A stretch of DNA of 64,000 nt from an uncultured Planctomycetota bacterium (GTDB lineage: Bacteria > Planctomycetota > Planctomycetia > Isosphaerales > Isosphaeraceae): NCBI GenBank assembly GCA_963845755.1, contig CAWJTV010000025.1, forward strand, positions 1 to 64,000. Direction: 5' to 3'. The notes below the pieces were generated by a model. That model did no database searches. It worked only from the letters and a program-made list of their open reading frames with translations, and had not been told where the DNA came from. Both the position numbers and the translations under genes were made by a program. Shown here one piece after another: positions 35,101 to 46,542 of the stretch (position 1 is the stretch's first letter; each line of letters begins with the position of its first letter).

Positions 35101-35445
35101 CTACTTTGTGAACTCGCCCTTCTCGTGGCGAGCCCAGAACTCTGCCGCCGTCCGAACTTGGCCCCGGTCGATGCCGATGATTCTGAGACTCTTCCTGCCA
35201 TGCAAGATATCCAGGCCCTTCTTAGAGCGCTTCACGGTTGGGTTGCGCACACGCGAAGCCGGTTCCCAAAGAACCCCCCGGAACCCCCTGTTCGCAAGGG
35301 GGGGACCATTGAAGAGGAGTGGACCATTTCCTGTCTCCCCCTTGCGAAGTGGGGGTTCCGGGGGGTGGATTCGCATCGCTCTGGGCGTGCGCAACGCAAC
35401 TGATAAGTGCTCTAGTGATGTTCTTGGGGGTCAGGCGGATGAGGG
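35101..35445 (-). pseudogene. 3' remnant of a second LRR-kinase gene, interrupted by a REP-like element
   Basis: IRLTPKNIT .. KGLDILHGRKSLRIIGID..AAEFWARHEKGEFTK matches the end of 22037..24777 (IRLTPKNLTTQGLEAL..AAEFWARYEKGEFKK), also at DNA level. Confidence 0.75.
35272..35368. repeat. REP-like palindromic element, second copy
   Basis: AACCCCCCGGAACCCCCTGTTCGCAAGGGGGG...CCCCCTTGCGAAGTGGGGGTTCCGGGGGGT long inverted repeat. Confidence 0.75.
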
Positions 35446-35471
35446 GACCGATTGAACTTTTTTTCAGGAGA

Positions 35472-35501
35472 TGAGGGGTTTGCCTGGCAATCGTCGCATT
35501 G
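35472..35501 (+). promoter_or_regulatory. Conserved bipartite motif, copy 2 (putative ECF promoter)
   Basis: TGAGGGGTTTGCCTGGCAATCGTCGCATTG, oriented toward the pentapeptide-repeat gene. Confidence 0.6.
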
Positions 35502-36007
35502 TGGAAAGAGAGTTCACGCGGCGTCATCAGCAATCGGTGTCCGAAGGCTGGAGAAACGCCAGGCCGCAGTAGGCAAAGCCCGTTGATTCCGTACCGTACA
35601 GTCCCATGTCGCCCGGCGGAGTTCCGGCCGCGGCAGTGGTCGTCGTACGCGCCGCGGGACTCAAGTGCGATCGGTCCGTCGGTCCCGGAGTGGAGGCTGC
35701 CGCGTTCGACTCCCACGAAGGATCTCAGTCCAGGAGCAGTTCCATGCCGCTTCAGACGCCGATGTGGCCCCTCTGGGGTGCGGATCAACGACGACGAAAA
35801 GTGACTTGAGGACTCGTTGGTGGTGCCCGACGCGGTGCTGGACCTCCCCAACGGAGGGGGGCGGTCCGGGCCCGGTCCAGCCGATCAGGTCCTCGGGGTC
35901 GAAGGGGCGATCCACTCGACTCGACTCGCTCCGGCGCCGCGTTCGGCTTAACAAGCCGGATTCTCCCTTCTTGAGTTCTTCTCCATCTCAACTTTGTCGA
36001 GGGATCT

Positions 36008-39000
36008 ATGAACCTGAACCGACCATCGACCCCAGCGGAAAGAGCCACCGTCACGGCCTTCGATTCCAACCACCACCGACTGCGACGCCCGAAGTCCTTC
36101 GCTGAGACGCGGAGGTCCCGCGCCCTTCGGCCGCTGCTGGAGACATGCGAGACCCGCAGGCTCATGAGTGCCGGGGTCGCGGGGAGCGCAGGAACCAAAG
36201 CACAATCGATGCTCATGGCCGCGCCTGACTTGAGAAAAGGAGTCTCTCAACCTATCGCTCCGCTCGAGTTTTCGGGTGTGAGCCTGACCCCGGGCTGGTC
36301 GGACCGTCCCATTGTTCGGTACCTTGGACCTCACTTTCCCCCTGAGGAAGGCAAGCAAGTTTACTGGCACCCTGGTCCAGGCGCCGGGCAGCACCTCGTC
36401 CGTAGTCGGCAAGGGGCCACTGGTGGCGTCCGGCCACACCCTGGCCGTCAAGGGCAGCTTACATAACCAAATCATGAAACTGAACGTGCGCATCGCACCG
36501 AAACGGTGGGTGCAGTGGATCGGCCCGGTCGTGTCGGCGAGGCTGCCCGACGGCCAGATCACGTTGGACGGGGGCGGTGTGCTGGCCAGCGGCAATCAGA
36601 TCGCGGGCGATGCGATCCGGCGAGGAAAAGCAACAGTGCTGAATGCTCCTGCGTTGCAGCCTCACTTCCGCGTGCCGGCCAAGGGCACTCCGAGCACGGG
36701 CACCTTCACTCTGCATGGCCCCAGCGCCGTCCTGCCCGCGGACACACTGCAGAATCCCAGAGCCGTGAAGCGCATCATCCCGGCCGGGACCACGCTGGTA
36801 CCGACCGCCTTCCTTGGCCAGGTGACCCAGGGCCCGGACAAGGGGTTGGCCGTGCGCGGGGTGCTCTCGCTGGGCCAGGTGGGCAGCGACGGCTCGATCG
36901 CCGGCACCCTGGCCGACCCGATCAACGGCCCCGTACCGGTCACCGGCCGGGTGGTGGGGCAGCGGATCCAGCTCAACTTCAACCTCGGCTCCAAGGGTAC
37001 CGCCGGGGGTGTCGGGCCATTCATCGCGAAACGGGTCGGGCCGGGCCAGATGCAGTTGACCGCCTTCGGCTCGCTCCAGACCGGCAACCCGGCCGACTCC
37101 GGTGACTGGTCGTACATTAATAGCGTGCTCAACAATATGACTCTCAGCAATCTGACAGGTTACGTCCTGAACCAGGACGGCGTCTATCTGATCGGGACGA
37201 ACTTCACGGGGACAACCTTTTCGCAGGCCACTCTCACCGACTCGGAGGTCGATCCGACGGTCCAATTCCTGAACGCGGACTTCTCTGCCGTCCCAGGGGG
37301 AGCGAACCTCACTAACACCACGTTCCTCAGCGGCTCGAGCCTCGCCGGGACCAAACTGAGTGCGGCCAATCTCACCGGGGCCAATCTCACCGGGGTGAAT
37401 CTGACCGGGACCAATCTCACCTCGGCCAACCTCGCCAGTGCCAATTTCACCGGGCAATCCCTGGGGGGATACAATCTGACCGGGGACAATCTCACCATGG
37501 CGAATCTGACCGGGGACAATCTCAACGCGTCGATTCTGACTGGGACCAATCTCACCGGGGCCAACCTCACCAATGCCGCAGTCGGCGGGCCGATCGCCGG
37601 CACGGGGCAGAACTTGTCGGGATTCAATCTGACCGGGACAATCCTGACCGGGGCGACTCTGGCCAAGGCCAACCTGACCGGGGCGACTCTGACCGGGACC
37701 AATCTCACCGGGGCCACCCTCACCAATGCCACCCTCACCGGGGCCACTCTGTCGGGTATCCAACTTGATCGGAGCCAATCTGTTCGGAGCTGCCCTGAAT
37801 AATGCCAATCTGGCCAATATCACCCTGAACAACACGACCAACCTGGTCGTGACCAACCTGGCCAATGCCAATCTGACCAATGTCAACCTGTACTCTGTAC
37901 ATATGGGCGAAGCCAACCTGGCCGGGGCCATCCTGACTGGGACCAACCTGGTCGATGCAATCATGACCTACGACAACCTGGTCGGCCAGAACCTGTCGGG
38001 ATTCAATCTGACTGGGACGTATCTGGGCGGGACCAACCTCACCAACGTCAACCTCACCGGCCAAAACCTGTCTGGATACAATTTGAACGGGGGCGTCCTG
38101 ACCGGGGCCATCCTGACCAACACCAACCTGACCAAGGTCGGCTTCGTGAACTCCACCCTTATCGGGCAGAACCTGTCGGGATTCAATTTGACCGGGGACT
38201 ATTTGGAAGGGACCATCCTGACCAATGCCAACCTCACCGGGGCCAACCTCACCAATGCCGTCATGAACGGGACTAACCTGTCGGGATTCAACTTGACCGG
38301 AGCGACTCTGACCGGGGCGTTTCTGACGGGGGTCAATCTCACCTCGGCCAACCTCACCACCGCTACGCTCACGGGAGAGAACCTGTCGGGATTCAATTTA
38401 ATCGGGGCTAACTTGAACGGGGCTGTGCTGAACAATGCCAATCTGGCCAATGCCAACCTGAATAACACGACCAACCTGGTCGTGACTAACCTGGCCAATG
38501 CCAACCTGACCAATGTCAACCTGTACTCGGAATCTATGATCGAAGACAATCTGTCCGGGGCCATCCTGACCGGGACCAACCTGGTCGATGCAACCATGTA
38601 CTACGCCAACCTGGTCGGCCAGAACCTGTCGGGATTCAATCTGACCGGGACCGCTCTGACCAATGCCAATCTCGCCAACGTCAATCTCACCGGGCAAAAC
38701 CTGTCTGGATACAATTTGAACGAGGCCGTCCTGACCGGGGCCATCCTGACCAACACCAACCTGACCAATGTCAGCTTCGTGAACTCCACCCTCATCGGGC
38801 AGAACCTGTCGGGATTCAATCTGACCGCGACCCTCCTGGGCGGGGCCAACCTCACCAATGCCAACCTCAGTGGGGAGAACCTGTCGGGATTCAATTTGAC
38901 CGGGGCCAATCTCAGCGGGGCGACACTGACCGGGACCAATCTCACCTCGGCCAACCTCACCAATGCCAGCCTCACCGGGGAGAACCTGTCGGGATTCAAT

Positions 39001-40011
39001 CTGACCGCGACCCTCCTGGGCGGGGCCAACCTCACCAATGCCAACCTCAGCAGCCAGAACCTGTCGGGATTTAATCTGACCGGGGCCAATCTCAGCGGGG
39101 CGACACTGACCGGGACCAATCTCACCTCGGCCAACCTCACCAATGCCAGCCTCACTGGGGAGAACTTGTCGGGATTCAATCTGACCGGGACCCTGCTGGG
39201 CGGGGCCAACCTCACCAATGCCAACCTCAGCAAGCAGAACCTGTCGGGATTCAATCTGACCGGGGCCCTCCTGGGCGGAGCCAACCTCACCAATGCCAGC
39301 CTCAGCAAGCAGAACCTGTCGGGATTCAATTTGACCGGGGCCAATCTCAGCGGGGCGACACTGACCGGGACCAATCTCACCTCGGCCAACCTCACCAATG
39401 CCACTCTCACCGGGCAGAACCTGTCGGGATTCAATCTGACCGGGGCCCTCCTGGGCGGAGCCAACCTCACCAACGTCAAACTCACCGGACAGAACCTGTC
39501 GGGATTCAATTTGACCGGGGCCAATCTCAGCGGGGCGACACTGACCGGGACCAATCTCACCTCGGTCAACCTCACCAATGCCAACCTCACCGGGCAGAAC
39601 CTGTCGAACTTCAACATGACCGGGGCCAATCTCGTCGGAGCGACTCTGAGCGGTGCCATCCTGTCCTTAACCAATCTCACCTTCGCCAACCTCACCGGGG
39701 AGAACCTGTCATTAAGTAATGTTAATTTGACCGGGATCTACCTGATGAATTCCACCTGCACCAACGCCAACTTCTCCGGGCAGAACATGTCGGACTACTG
39801 GTTCAACGGGACCAACTTGGCCGGGGCCAACTTCACCAACGCCAACATCGTGGGGGCAAACCTCTTCCTCAACGTCCAATACGGCAACGTCACCTTGGAC
39901 AACCTCACCGGCGCCAACATGGACGGGGCCAATGCAAGTGGGATTCTGACCCTTTCGCAATGGTACTCCATCCCCAATCTCACTTGGAACTCGACGACAA
40001 ACTTTGGTTGA
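36008..40011 (+). CDS. Large exported pentapeptide-repeat (beta-helix) protein, about 1,300 aa; frameshifts near 36310 and 37760
   Basis: Leader RALRPLLETCETRRLMS (LEPRxLL-like); beta-rich middle region; then about 900 aa of xNLxx repeats (ANLTG, QNLSG, FNLTG). Confidence 0.88.
37760..39700 (+). repeat. Hierarchical internal DNA repeats of the pentapeptide gene
   Basis: Block encoding NLIGANL..NNTTNLVVTNLANANLTNVNLYS recurs about 630 nt later; CTGACCGCGACCCTCCTGGG recurs at 38821 and 39001 (180-nt period); AACCTGTCGGGATTCAAT recurs many times. Confidence 0.9.
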
Positions 40012-40234
40012 CTAGCATAGGAGACGGGACCGATCTGCAAATAAGGGTTCTCCCGCACTTTTGATGGTGACACTGACTGTGCCACTTGGAGGCCAAACGA
40101 CTGCGAATCCCGTCAAAATGGGGGGCTTCTGTGGGAGTTGGCCGTCGTGGATCATCAAAAAGTGAGGGAGAACCCCTCGGAAACCGTCGCTGACAGGCTT
40201 TGCCCACAAAGGTTTTATGGGCACTGACTTTATG

Positions 40235-41853
40235 CAGTAGTTTCCCGGAAGAAGTGCACTCGATTACTGATCAGAAGTACCGTATTGAAAGCGGCGTCTC
40301 CTGGCCGGAACCTGCCGGGTGGTGACAAACCCATGGCCCCGACACAGGAGACGCACCATGACCGAAGCTACGCTCACCTGGTCCATCTGGCAAGCTCTGC
40401 TCGAGGCCTTCGCCTGCTCGTTCACCCGCCGCGGCTTCCGCCGCTTCGCCGAGTGGATCACCGCCATGGCGCTCAACGTCGAGGAGCACACCATCACCCA
40501 GTCGGTCCTGGCCCTGGAGCAGCCCGCCGCCTGGAAGGCCCTGGAGAACTTCGCCGAGTACGGCGGCTGGCACGAGGGCCGCGTCACCTACGACCTGACC
40601 CGCCTGGTCGCAGACCGCCCCGGGTCGGATCTGGCACGGCTATCACGTCTCGGCCGTCGACGACACCAAGGTCCATCGCGGCAGCCCGCACGTCTGGGGG
40701 ACCTGCACCTTCCACGAGTACACCGCCCGCTGCCCCAATCGGGCCTCCACCGTCCGCGCCCATAACTGGGTGGTCCTCGGCGCCGTGCTCCACGAGCCGA
40801 GGAAGCCCGGCTGGTTCCTGCCGATCACCGGCCGGCTCTACTTCCGCAAGTCGCAGTTGCCGGCCGGCCCGGCCGGCTCGTGGCGTTCCGGACCAAGTGC
40901 GAGTTGGCCGTGGAGTTGTTCCGCGAGCAGGCGCGGATCGCCCCCGGCCACAAGCACCTGGGCGTCGTCGACGGCGGCTTCGCGCTGCGGAGCGTGGTCC
41001 GACCGCTGGTCCTGCCCGAGGACGGCACGCCCCGGATCGACTTCCTGACCCGGCTGCGGCACGACGCCCGGCTCTTCGCCCTGCCCCCGCCGAGCGCCCC
41101 GCGGGGAGTCGGGGGCCCAAGCCCAAGTGGGGCCGGCGGCTGGAGCCGCCGTGCCGAGGCGGCCGGTGGAAGGTGGAGTGGCGAACCGGCAGCCGCCTTC
41201 GTCTACGGCCGCGAGCGGAAGGTCCGCTGGAAGGAGATCGTGTGCCTGTGGCGGGTGCTGGGATGGGAGGTGCCGGTCAAGGCGATCGTCGCCGAGGTCG
41301 AGGGGTACAAGAAGCGGTTCACCTTGGTGACCTCGGCGATGGAGCTGACCGGGCTGCAGATGGTGGAGTTGTTCGCGGCGCGGTTCCGGCAAGAGGACGG
41401 GTTCCGCGACCTGAAGCAGCGGCTGGGCTGGGAGGAGTGCCGGGCGTGGACGAGCCAACCCGATCGAGCGGACCAGCCAGGCGCAATGGGTGACGATGAG
41501 CCTGCTGCGGCTCCTCCAATTCCGGCTGGAGGCGGCCGGGGAGGAGGATTGGTGGTTCCGACCGCCGTGGAACAAGGACAAGGACCGTCCCAGCGTGCTG
41601 GACGCGGAGCGGCTGATGCGGCGGCATCGGGCGGAAATCCAGCGGCTTCTGTCGGAGTGGCTGGGAGATGAGGGAGAAACCGAGGAGGCCGTGGCATGAG
41701 CGAGGTGTAAGCGGGTCAACAGCGGGCATCGCGAGGTGCTCCCGCGGGCGGTGCAGCAGCGAGAAACGCTCGGTGGCGAGGTGGGGCCGCCGCGGCGACA
41801 GGCGGCGGTACGCATCAGGCCGCGATTGTGCATTTTTTCGCAGGAAACTACTG
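40235..41853 (+). mobile_element. IS701-like element; transposase 40358..41699, frameshifted
   Basis: IRs CAGTAGTTTCC..TGCAC / GTGCA..GGAAACTACTG; motifs VDDTKVHR, HNWVVLG, DGGFA, RLRHDARL, RFRQEDGFRDLKQRLG. Confidence 0.85.
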
Positions 41854-41959
41854 ATTATCCGGCGCCAAAAGAGTCGGGCCAGCAGTTTGGCCGGCCCGCA
41901 CTGCGTGCGCCACTGAATATGCAAAAATGTTCATTAGAACGTTGGCGAGCACTCAGATG

Positions 41960-42489
41960 ACCGCTTCGTCGATGTCGTCGAAGCCGCGACCCTCTTTGGT
42001 CTTGGGAAGATCAGCGACTTTTGGCAAGAGACCGCGCTTCTCCTCAGTGCGGTGAGCTTCGTGACGAGCACATATGGCTCGATGTAGAGATCCGTTTCCT
42101 CGTGGAACTCCTTAGCGATGAGTTCCGAGATGTCCTCATCGTAGGAGAGGACATCGGAGCCGTTCTCCAGGACAGTTACGTTGTCGTAATAGATGCCGAC
42201 AAGCACCTCAGTCTGTTCGGCCGTAAGCTCGGGCAGAGGCGGCAAACTGCGGTGGTTGTCGCCGAGTTGCACCCAGCGTGCCGTCTTGCGTTGAACCCTC
42301 ATGTAGTGCACCAGATCCTGCGCGGTATCCGAGCAATTTGACAGAGTGCGCCACTCCTGGACGAATGCAGCTTTCTCCGCGGGGAATCCGTCGAACGAAT
42401 CGACGGGGATGCGATACTTCAGGTACAGCTCGACCAGAAGAGCGCAGTTCGTGCTCAAAGAGCCGGATTGACTTCCTCCGAGTCTTCAC
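41960..42489 (-). CDS. Hypothetical protein, frameshifted at both ends
   Basis: Protein-like ORF 41934..42458 (LLVELYLKYRIPVDSF..KLTALR); probable start GTG 42489 in another frame. Confidence 0.55.
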
Positions 42490-42598
42490 TACGATATCCC
42501 TCGTTCAGTGGAAGGGACGGCGGTCGAACTCACCATAAGAACGATCGCCGTCCCCGATACCTACTTCACCTCTTGACCGTCCTCTCCCGTCGCCCCAT

Positions 42599-43746
42599 TT
42601 AACTCAGGTCTAAATGCGATCTGAGAGTAGGATTTTCCATCAAATTGTTGTCGCCCTCGTTGGACGGCACTGTTTGGGCGGCTTCTTCGATTCGCTTTTG
42701 CAACTCATCGTGCCGGACGCCGGTGATTCGCTCCGCGTCAGCCCAACTGAGTTTCTTCGTGTGAATCCCGGATTCAAGCATCAATTCAAAATTGATTGCT
42801 CTGTCCCGCCACACATAACCGGGCTCCCTCTGCCGCCACCCGCGACGGATCATCTCGGACCATAGCCATCGCGATGTCGTGGTATTGATGATGCGTTCCT
42901 TCTCGGCCATGTGGACCATCGCGGCTAGTGAAACGCCGAACCTCTCCTTGTACTGGATCAAGTTGAGAAAGGATTTGCCTTGGAATGCGGCCCTTAGCTG
43001 CGAAGCCGGGATCAGCAGTGACGAGGCGAACGAATAAGCCCGCCGTTCGACATCAGAATCGGTCCAACCATGAAGTTGGCGGCATCCCTGATAGAGCGGT
43101 TGTCCCAATTCGTAAGCGGCATTCATCGCGGACCCGCTCGTTCGCAACGCCGGGATTGAGGACGACGACAAATTCATTCCCGTATTGCGCGAGCAGCTCC
43201 ATCGATACCGAAAGTGGTCTTAATCTCCAAAGCCCATGCCGAGAACGACTCCAGGACATTAACCATGTTCTGGATTGGCTGTTCGTCAGAGAGATTCAAG
43301 AATTTTGAACGAACCATGTTCGCCAGGTCGTCGGGCGAGTCCTCATGGATATTTAAGGACTTGGAATGATGTGACGGGTGGCCTTTGAGGAACCCATCTA
43401 GCTTCAGATAAGCTTCTACCCACTTGCCAGCTAGAGCCTCGAATTGCCGCTGATCGTTAAGCGGACGCGGGACCTCATGTTGCGATAGCGAAAGCAGTCG
43501 AGAGTCGTGCGGTTCTCCAGGAACCAATTCAAGGGCCTCCCATAGATGTCCGCCAGAGCCGCCAATACGTTTATGGGCGGCACGGTAACGCTCTTCTCGT
43601 AGCTGGCGATGGTCGTATGAGAGACAGTAAGTCTATGGGGAAGCTTTTCGGCCGTCGGCTCTCATCGATAAACCGGCTTCCCGCTAGCTTCTCGGAGACG
43701 TCGGGCTAAGTTGCGATCAAATAGAGTGACGATGGTTTTTTGCCAC
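42599..43746 (-). pseudogene. XRE HTH + ImmA/IrrE-like metallopeptidase, multiply frameshifted
   Basis: LARRLREA..SHTTIASYEKSVTVP..LAALAD (HTH); AYELGQ at the HExxH position; ERRAYSFASSLLIP; FGVSLAAM. Confidence 0.75.
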
Positions 43747-43926
43747 AGCATTGCTCCTCTGTTCTACTAGCTTTACAAATCAGCATTTCGATCGCAAGGC
43801 CAATTCCGGAATTTTTGCGTCCGGAAGTGAGAGAGCCGAGAGACGGGCTACGACTCCAGTTCTGTGGTTCCTAAAACCTTATTGGACTGCAATTTATGTC
43901 AGCTTGATTGGGTTAGACCCAAGCTA

Positions 43927-45285
43927 TCATTTCGGCGAATTGATCCGCCGCGGCGCAGAGCTCGGTTTCAATCGGGTCGGCCAGGCCGATTCATCCTTCC
44001 AGAACGTCGCTTCGATCCCGAGTTCGTAATGACTCTGGATGAGGCAGCAGATGTTGTGACAAAGTACTTTGGCGAGCGACTCATTGATCATCGCGGTATC
44101 GGTCTTGCTCCGGAGCGAGTCACCGAACTTCGACTTGATCATCGATGTTGGTCGTCTCGATGTTCGACCTTTTGTGATAATGGCGCCAGGAACTCATCCG
44201 GTTCAGGTTGTAGAGGTGGAACATCTTGGAGAACAGGCCGCCCTTGGCAGCGGTAGTGTTGCTCTTGGGGAGGATGTACGGCGTGCCCCGGCCTGCCCGA
44301 CCATCTCGACGTTTTCGTAACTCAGGTAGGCTGAATCGGCTGAGACTTCCCGAATGCGGAAGTTCTGCTTGGTTGCGTCGAACAGTGGGTGCGAATTGCG
44401 GGCAATCCTCGGCATACCGCTCCCCGATCTCAACCGCCGTTACGATGTTGGTCTTTATGCCGCAAGTCAGATGGACTTTCACCCAATCGTATTTCTGACG
44501 GGGCTGATCCGTACTTGTGATCGAACCAACGGACGAACCGGCGATGGTTGCGAATCCGGACGAGTCGATCGCGAAGTCCTGTTCAACCGATTTGAGAGGC
44601 AGGCTGGACTCCCGATTAGCCTCTTGAGGATCGGCGTCAGCCCGGCCATTTCGAGGTACTTGAAGACCGTGTTGTAATGGGGCGCTACTCGATATGCCCC
44701 CGATCGCACGCTTCGTTCAGATCGCATTGGAACTGCTGGCCCGATACCGTCGAGTAGACCTTGAAGACGGCCGCAAAGATGATGTCACGCAGCGACAAGC
44801 GGGGCCTTCCCTTCTCTTGAGGTGGTTCCTCGATGCCCTGGCAAAGGTCTGCCAGCAACACGTGAAACCTATCCTTCTCGTTGGTCTGAGCCTTGTTGTA
44901 CGCCGGCCAGACCTGCTTGTAAGTGGGCTTGGCGTGCGACCGTCTTCTTCATCACGGTGGTCTCCGTGATGGTCTCGACGGCCGTTTGCGTGGCCTCGTC
45001 GGTCTTCGTTACGGTCTCCGTGACCTTCATCGCTTCCGTTGTGGTGGTCGTCCCATCCTCATTGGCTTCCCGTTAAGCGACGTACTCGACCGCAAAAACA
45101 TGCTTGCACTTCTGCTGACGAGACTCGAAGTCCATACAAGTGCACGTCGGCTGCTCCAGATCGAGCCGCACCCAATAGTTGCCACCGCTTCCGGATTGCG
45201 TGGGAACGGCCCAATGGCCGCTTTTCTTCTGGGTAACCTTGCAAAGAGCCGCGATCATCAAGCCGCGTTGCTGACGAGGGTCCAT
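43927..45285 (-). mobile_element. SWIM zinc-finger DDE transposase, with a stop codon and frameshifts
   Basis: CTCMDFESRQQKCKH (SWIM); WPAYNKAQTNEK; AIDSSGF; VKVHLTCG; SADSAY; YHKRSNIET; KVLCHNICCLI. Confidence 0.8.
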
Positions 45286-45301
45286 CGGAAACTCCCCAGG
45301 A

Positions 45302-45392
45302 CTACTAGGCTGATTTCTACTAGTAGTATATACCAATAGGGGTTGCTCTGTCAAGAGTCCCGGTATATACTTCTGGTAGTATTTTCTAGTAG
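45302..45392. promoter_or_regulatory. Long AT-rich inverted repeat between divergent genes
   Basis: CTACTAGTAGTATATACC (45317) versus GGTATATACTTCTGGTAG (45362), 16/18 match; outer CTACTAG/CTAGTAG pair. Confidence 0.7.
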
Positions 45393-45407
45393 CAGGGGGT
45401 TCCACCA

Positions 45408-45585
45408 ATGAAAGAGAAGCCGATCGGGATGGTTCCATTGCCTGGGTGCCGGTGTCGGTGTGGGCACGAGTGGCTTCCACGCGACGCGGCCGAGAAGCCT
45501 GCGCGTGTGCCCCAAGTGCAAGAGTCCGAACTGGGATCGGCCCAAGCGCGTTGCGAGCAAGGTGCAACGTGAAGGTGATGAGTGA
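45408..45585 (+). CDS. Small zinc-ribbon protein (about 58 aa), one-base frameshift near 45500
   Basis: MKEKPIG..CRCRCGHEWLPR..KP/RVCPKCKSPNWDRPKR; absent from the ORF track because of the indel. Confidence 0.7.
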
Positions 45586-45822
45586 CGCAGAGCAATCGTG
45601 CTCGGGTCGAAAGCTAGACCAGCCGCCTAGCTGCGAGTCAGGCGTGATGTTGTTGGATTAGTGTACGGGCGATACAGCGTGTTGTGTCACGCTCCACGGT
45701 GTGAGCATTAGCGTCTAGACCCTTTGTTATTGCTGCTCTTGACGTTGCGCTTGCGAACTGCCTAGAATATTGATCGAATTTGTTGAATGTATTGCCGGTC
45801 GCGATCGAATCGGGACGACGTT

Positions 45823-46080
45823 ATGGACGAGCCTATCCGCCGCCAGGTGACGCCGGCTCCTGGCCGTGATCCGAAGGAAGGTCTGCTAGTTGACGTCCGT
45901 CAGTCTCACGAGCATTGGAGCCAGTATTTCCTTGCAGACGGAACTATTCTGCGGATCAAACCGCTCGTCACGGAGGTTGTTAGGCTTGATGATGAGTTGG
46001 ATTCCGCGGGCAATCCAACGTACGTTCTAAAGGCAACCCTCATAACTGCCGTAATCAAGGGATCGGGATCATCGGAATAA
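45823..46080 (+). CDS. Small hypothetical protein
   Basis: MDEPIRR..EHWSQYFLADGTILRIKPLVTEVVR..GNPTY; first of three co-directional genes. Confidence 0.7.
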   Translation: MDEPIRRQVTPAPGRDPKEGLLVDVRQSHEHWSQYFLADGTILRIKPLVTEVVRLDDELDSAGNPTYVLKATLITAVIKGSGSSE

Positions 46081-46092
46081 CGGAGGACTTAC

Positions 46093-46542
46093 ATGATCTT
46101 CACCCTTTCGACCGCCGATAATACTCTCAGATTGGATTCCTTGGTTGCTGGGAACACTTATTATTATGACAATATAGTTTGCAGATTAGAGGAGACGATT
46201 GTGCCACCGCCTAGCCCGATCTCAACAGATCAGGACGACGGGGCCGCCAGCCAGACTCAGCATCAATTTGAGGTCCTTGCCCGTCAATGGAAAATTGCAT
46301 CTCGTCGGATGGCGACCGTCAGAGAGATGGTCAAGCATCCGGCCTACAGAGAAATCATTGGCATGGGTGATATCGTGGTGCCGATGATACTGCGCGAACT
46401 CGAACAGGCTCCCGACCATTGGTTTAGCGCCCTGAAGACGATTACGGGTGTCAATCCAGTTCCTGAAGAGCACAGAGGCGATCTCAGGAGCATGGCCGAA
46501 GACTGGACCAAGTGGGGCCGGGAGAATGGATACGAGTGGTAG
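46093..46542 (+). CDS. Hypothetical protein (HPAY..IIGMG..PDHWF type)
   Basis: GGAGG RBS; C-terminal helical domain HPAYREIIGMG..ELEQAPDHWFSALKTITG. Confidence 0.75.
   Translation: MIFTLSTADNTLRLDSLVAGNTYYYDNIVCRLEETIVPPPSPISTDQDDGAASQTQHQFEVLARQWKIASRRMATVREMVKHPAYREIIGMGDIVVPMILRELEQAPDHWFSALKTITGVNPVPEEHRGDLRSMAEDWTKWGRENGYEW

Noticed and set aside
38601..39695. Minus-strand ORFs rich in VRLAP/RLNPDRF (also 37184..37747)
   Set aside because: Antisense shadows of the pentapeptide repeats
37100..39950. Possible CRISPR array or DGR template/variable repeats
   Set aside because: The repeats are in-frame coding units with no unique spacers; no cas or reverse transcriptase gene is in the window; I saw no adenine-specific mismatch pattern
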